From Eremomyces bilateralis CBS 781.70 (lineage: Eukaryota), in the NCBI GenBank assembly GCA_010015585.1, contig ML975180.1: 64,000 nucleotides of DNA. One strand, written 5' to 3'. How positions within the stretch are numbered: the stretch's first letter is position 1; each line of letters starts with the position of its first letter. The translations under genes and the position numbers were made by a program. The notes beneath the pieces were generated by a model. The model saw only the letters and a list, made by a program, of their open reading frames with translations, did no database searches and was not told the origin of the DNA. Positions 58,601 through 64,000 of the stretch are shown in pieces.

Positions 58601-61600
58601 ACATTCCGCGTGGATGGCGCTCTGGCGCTCTCCCCAGCAGCCCAAGACCTTCGCGGCGTATCTCATCCATTCCATCGAGCGGTTTCCTTTCTCCAGGCTC
58701 CAGCGCGACCAATTGGTCCGAATGCCGAACGGACTCATGTCGTTTGATGTTGTGCCGTGAGCCAGCACGGGGCAACTTCATCCTGCCAGGAGCATACAAT
58801 ACCGACTGACCAGAGCTTGGTACTTGGTGGGACAGCAACTTTTGTCGTTCGCTGCCCATCAAACGGACGATCTGACTATCGTTTTTTACCGCTCCTTTTG
58901 CACAAAATCCGGTCTGACGAAAATGTGTTACATAGCGATTCGACGAATCACCAGGGCCTTTGAGAATTGATGGCATAAATTGTGCTCTCCGAAGCTACCA
59001 GGAGCCATAAGGATCTCATCAGTCGTCAGGGGCGAAGTACAAGCAGATTATAGATATTAGCGTGTAACTGACTCGCGGATGATCAACAGGAGCACCCTTG
59101 TCTCTTTGGCAACGAATTGTGGTATGGTTTGTGAGTTTATGACAGGGACGAGGACTTTGAGACTTGAGACCTTCACGAGTCACAGCCCAGGGAGTCAGAA
59201 ATATCGCATAACTCATATCGCTGTCCGTCTAATGGTGAAGTCAATAATATTATTACTATACTATGTACGGTAGCTGTGTAGCATGAGTGCAACGTTGTGG
59301 ACAATTGGTGAATTATGAAAGCTTCGAGGCTTGCCTGATCCTCTCCATCCCATAAAATAAGATCTATTCTTGAGCTGCATGAACCCGAGCCACAAACATC
59401 GAAAGCCAAACAGCGTCATAGTCCTAACAAATTGCTATGACCGCTATGACGTATTCCATCTAGTATCACAGCATGCAACAGGTCAAGTGGTCAAGCACAA
59501 CGACAAAGACCACAAGAGCGGTGAAGCCAGGCAAAAACCACTGGCCACTAGGCTCCCGAAGGAAGATCACATATTATTTAAGTCCTTATATGACTAGCAT
59601 TAAGCATTGCCAGGATTGTTGGGCATCAATCCGGCTCCGTTGAGAGGTACACTTTGCCCATTTGAACAGCTTAATATGATCAGGATTCAGGTCATCAGGA
59701 CCATCTGCGCACGGGGAGAACGGCACACGGAATACTGCTGGGCGCCTGGCAATCTAGCTACTAGTGGTCCGCTGCCTTGTGGAAAAATTTATAGAATGAA
59801 GCCCAATGATTGGCTAGATTGATAGTTGATAGGTCACTTGATAATATAGTTATGACGCAGCTGCACAGGCAACTAAACTTTAACAGGGCATTGAGTTGGA
59901 AATTGAAACGAGGGCTTATTCAAATTAGAATTAGGTACCTAGTTGGTATTTATGGTACTGCTGGGTATCGAGTCAGACAAGTCAATCTTCACTAAGATAC
60001 TCGGCAATACGATAGTCCGTACCTAATTGAGTTGGAGATAGGTTAAGGGGAAGGCTGGGGTGGTGATGGCCGATGGAGAGGTGATCAGGTGAAGTCATAG
60101 AGAGTGGAGAGTGGAGAGTGCCAAAGGGCCCCGGTCATGGCAGCATGGGGCGTCGATTGGCGTCTCCCAGCGCCACGGTAAGGGGAAGCTTCCCACCAGC
60201 CGACAGGCGGACATTGGTCCCTTTCCCTTGTTCTCGGTGCTGCCAGACGGCAAGGCTGTAAGGCTGCCACTCCACACCAGACCCTGACCATAACACTACA
60301 CACCTGCAACTCACCCACTAAACATGACATGACACTTCATCCTCCAGGCTACATATATCAGGATTCGGGAATACAAGATGCCTCGTTTGCCTTGTAGGCC
60401 TTTTTTTTAATATTTTTTTCCCTGGTGAGGAATTGGAGGCCGTATGGCGCATATGTACTGATGATTCATAGCGGAACATGTTGACCTGAGCTGCAGCTGC
60501 ATTCGGACCAGCCAGAGGTGAGGAAGCCCATCGCCTATCTGTATCATACATGAGAGGAACAAACTAACAACCCAATACTCACGCTACCGGAAGTGCGCAT
60601 CTTACGCTTAGCTAGGGGCAAAATTACGAACTTCCGATCTTCATCTGCTTCGTACTAACAAGGAGGATTACCACCATCGATGTTAGCGGCAGTGACAGTG
60701 TGACCGTGACAGTGACAGCGGCGCAGGCGGCGCGCAGCACTTGGCTCATGATGGCTGGGCTAGGCTGGGACACTGGTGTGGCTCTGGGTCCCAGTCTTTC
60801 TCTTCCAGCAGAATCACAGGACATCCGCAGTATCCATGCGGAACATTTCCAACCAATTTTTCATTTCGAGTTCTCAAACGGGCTATTACTACAAGTTACC
60901 GTATGGTACAAATTACAATTCGATATGTAGCGGTAATTATGGTAAGGCCCAGGCCATGCAAGTAGCAAGCCTCGTACGTTGCTCTTCATCCCCCTGGCCC
61001 TGGTCGACTTCTGCCGCAGCCGCCATAGCATTTGAACTTATCCAGCTAGAGTGAGTGATGACATTTCCCCCGACATTCCCATTCGTCACTGGCTACTTCA
61101 CCTTATTCCCCTTCTTCCCTCCAGGTCCCTCCATTAAAAGCCTCGCGTGGGAGTTGAGACCGTCTCCTCGTCCCGCCTTACCCGTCCCACTGGCTCCACC
61201 GGCCGCCTTGACTACGGCGACTGGAATGACTTGAATGGACCAAGATTCTGACATGGATCCCGAACGACGGCCCTTTTCCCTGGTCATGTCAGGGGTGCGT
61301 CGCCCGGGGAAGAAGGGAATGATCACCTGGAACCGTCCACGACATGTCGGGCTGTTGCCCACGGGCGACAATATGGAACGGTAATTACAGGCTAAATGCC
61401 GAAAGAGACGTGTGTTTGATTTGTATTTTGGCGCCGAGCGGAGCGCATTGGTGAACACCAAGCCCAGGTAATAAAATAAAAACTGGAGGATGGGGTCTTG
61501 CGGCTTGGTCTTGCCCTTCCCATGCCAACCGGACGGTACAGGTATGTTGTGCGCCTGCTCGCTATATCATGGCCACTATTCACCTTCACCGTATCGTCCT

Positions 61601-61826
61601 GCACCCCTACCCGACTGTCGTGCTTCCAATCCTTCTTTTAACACGATCCTTCTGTGTCCCATGACGGCTCTGACGTGGATTGCCTCTTTTGTCTTTAAAT
61701 TCCCTTTGTGACCCTCTCCCGCGTCATGAGTCCATAGAGTCGCCTTCATCGTTACCATTTTGGCTTGCGTCCACGGATAAATTTTTTCTGGGAGTCCCAT
61801 CCGATCTCTCGCTCTCGCCAGTCATC

Positions 61827-63788
61827 ATGTCGAGCGCAAGATTGGTCTTCTGGAGACCGGAGTCGCCAGCTACATCATCGGAGAAAGGGCACCAACCCTT
61901 CCCATGGAGGCAGTTGGGAGTACTGGGTGAGCGACCATTGTCCAACCTTTGCGCCGATTTACAGAACATTGGGCTAACCCGCTTCCCCAGCATTGTGTCG
62001 GTTATGCGAGCCCATCGCCTTCATGTCCATCTTCCCCTACATCTTCTTCATGGTCAAATGGTTCAGCATCACCGAGAATGAAAACGAGATCGCCACCTAC
62101 ACCGGTCTCGTCACCGCGGCGTTTGCGTTTGCCGAATTTGTCGCGGCCATGGTGTGGGGGCGGATGAGCGATCGCATCGGCCGGAAGCCGGTCCTGCTGA
62201 TGGGGATGTTTGGAACGGGGCTTAGCATGCTGCTGTTCGGATTAGCCCCATCGATATGGGTGGCATTGGTGGCGCGGATACTTGGTGGTCTCCTCAATGG
62301 GTAAGAATGCAGAACATTGTTGTATGACATCTGCCTAATTATATCAGGAACATCGGTGTGATCCAAACCACTGTCTCGGAGATTGTCACGGCTCCGGAGC
62401 ATATCGGTAGGTTCACTATCCAACAAATCCGGAAAGTTTGCTAACCGTTCATGATAGCCCTTGGGTATTCCATTATGCCGTCAGTGTGGTGCATTGGGTA
62501 AGGCAATATCCAAAAATGCCAACAGTTACATGAGCTGACTACTGTCAGGTCCATTATTGGAGGCATCATCGGAGGATCCTTGGCCGATCCAGGAAAGAAC
62601 CATCCGTCATGGTTCTCGGCCGACTCCATCTTCGTACGATTCCCTTACTTGCTACCTAATGTATTCTGCACTGGAGTGGTGCTCTTCTCGCTGTCGGTGG
62701 GATTTCTGTTCCTCGAGGAGACGCACGAGGAGAAGCGTCATGGACGGGACAGGGGTGTGGAGTGCGGCGATGCCCTTCTGCGGTGCTTCGGCCAAGGTCG
62801 CGAAATTCGGCTGAACGAGGAAGAGACGATGCGATTTTTGCAGGATGGAGCGCCGGCCTGCCCATCCACCGATTCGCTACCCACCCTGATTTCGCTGCCT
62901 TCTTCCCCGTCGGGACGAACCAGCCCGGAAAATTGCGAACCGCTGCGGCCGAAGACGCCCCCCTTACTTCGAGCTTTGACCAAACAGGTCCTTCTCAATA
63001 TCGCCGCGATCTTCATTCTCGCATTGTGAGTGCCTTGACGCGATATCCAGATACGAAGGCTAACAGACTACAGCCATACCATTTGCTTTGAGCAGCTTCT
63101 CCCGGTTCTGTTCGCCGAGCAACCCTCCCGAACTACACCGCAGCTTCCGTTCAAGTTCGACACGGGGTTCGGCCTGTCCGAGACATCGATCGGCTGGATC
63201 GTCTCCGCTCAGGGAGTACTCCAAATAATCGCCCAACTCGTCGCCTACCCGCGGTTAAGCAATCGATTCGGCTGCCTCCGCGTCTTCCAGGGCGCTGTCT
63301 TCTCCTACCCGATCCTGTACTTCGGCATCCCGTACCTGGCTCTCCTTCCATCCTTCCTCCACGGACCGGGTATCCTTCTCGTCCTCGTCTGGAAAGTGTG
63401 CGCCCAAGCATGCACGTTCCCCTCGCTCAACGTCATGCTTTCCGAAACGGGTGACCGCCGACTGCGGGGCACGCTCCTGGGCATCTCTATGTCCGCGGCC
63501 AGCCTCAGCCGCGGCATCGGGCCGATCGTGTCGGGCGTGGTGCACAGCGCGGGGTCGCGGTTGGGCTATTCGGGTCTGGCGTGGTGGCTGCTCGCGTTCA
63601 TCTCCATCTGCGGCGGAGTGGAGACGCTGTGGATGCGCCGAACGAAGGCCAGCACAGTGATGGACCGGCCGATGGAAGAGGATCCGGACATCGAACGACC
63701 ACTGTCGGCGCCGTTCCTTGGCTCGCACTCCTCTATTTCGCGATCCTCCCACCGTGTGTCGCCTGAGAAAGACGATGGACCTCGCTAA
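61827..63788 (+). CDS. MFS transporter (YCR023C/ZIFL-like), about 6 exons
   Basis: FPWRQLGVL|ALCRLCEPIAFMSIFPY, motif A WGRMSDRIGRKPVLL, GGLLNG|NIGVIQT, FPYLLPN, LFLEETH, RGIGP. Stop at 63788. Confidence 0.9.
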
Positions 63789-64000
63789 CCGGGGGAGGGC
63801 GACATCGACGATGGACATAGATCGGCGCAGGGAGGAGTATGGACGACCCACGAACTGGATTTCTATTGACGGACTTATTTCGCCGTTACACAACGGCATC
63901 TTTTCGATTCGGGGGACGGAGTTATTTCGTATAGAGGCGTCTTTTTTTTCACGGGTTTCGATACCACCCCAGCAGGCATGATTTTAGGGCGCAGAAAGGG

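Overview
Gene-dense chromosomal segment of a filamentous ascomycete (Pezizomycotina-type: short GT-AG introns with CTAAC/CTGAC branch sites, ~55% GC). I can support about 25 protein-coding genes. Most are housekeeping or conserved fungal genes: NCL1/TRM4 tRNA m5C methyltransferase, an SDR, MnSOD, a bestrophin-like channel, an ADP-ribosylglycohydrolase facing a Nudix hydrolase, a GPI-anchored Cys-rich protein, INCENP/Sli15, acyl-CoA dehydrogenase, FAN1, a membrane alpha/beta hydrolase, a CYP7-like P450, a HAD hydrolase, ALA1, DUF202, TRR1, two MFS transporters, an FTS/AKTIP-like E2 variant and several hypotheticals. There is one complete hAT DNA transposon (46163-48995) with an intact transposase, imperfect TIRs and an 8-bp TSD. 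The most notable hidden signals are in-frame N-terminal targeting extensions: a CUG-initiated mitochondrial presequence on thioredoxin reductase, an upstream-AUG presequence on ALA1, and a membrane-anchor-like extension on MnSOD. Others are the divergent ARH+Nudix pair, an unannotated spliced Cys/His zinc-finger-like gene, microexons inside catalytic motifs, and a C-rich-to-G-rich switch along several coding strands. Exon boundaries were read by eye and no database searches were run.
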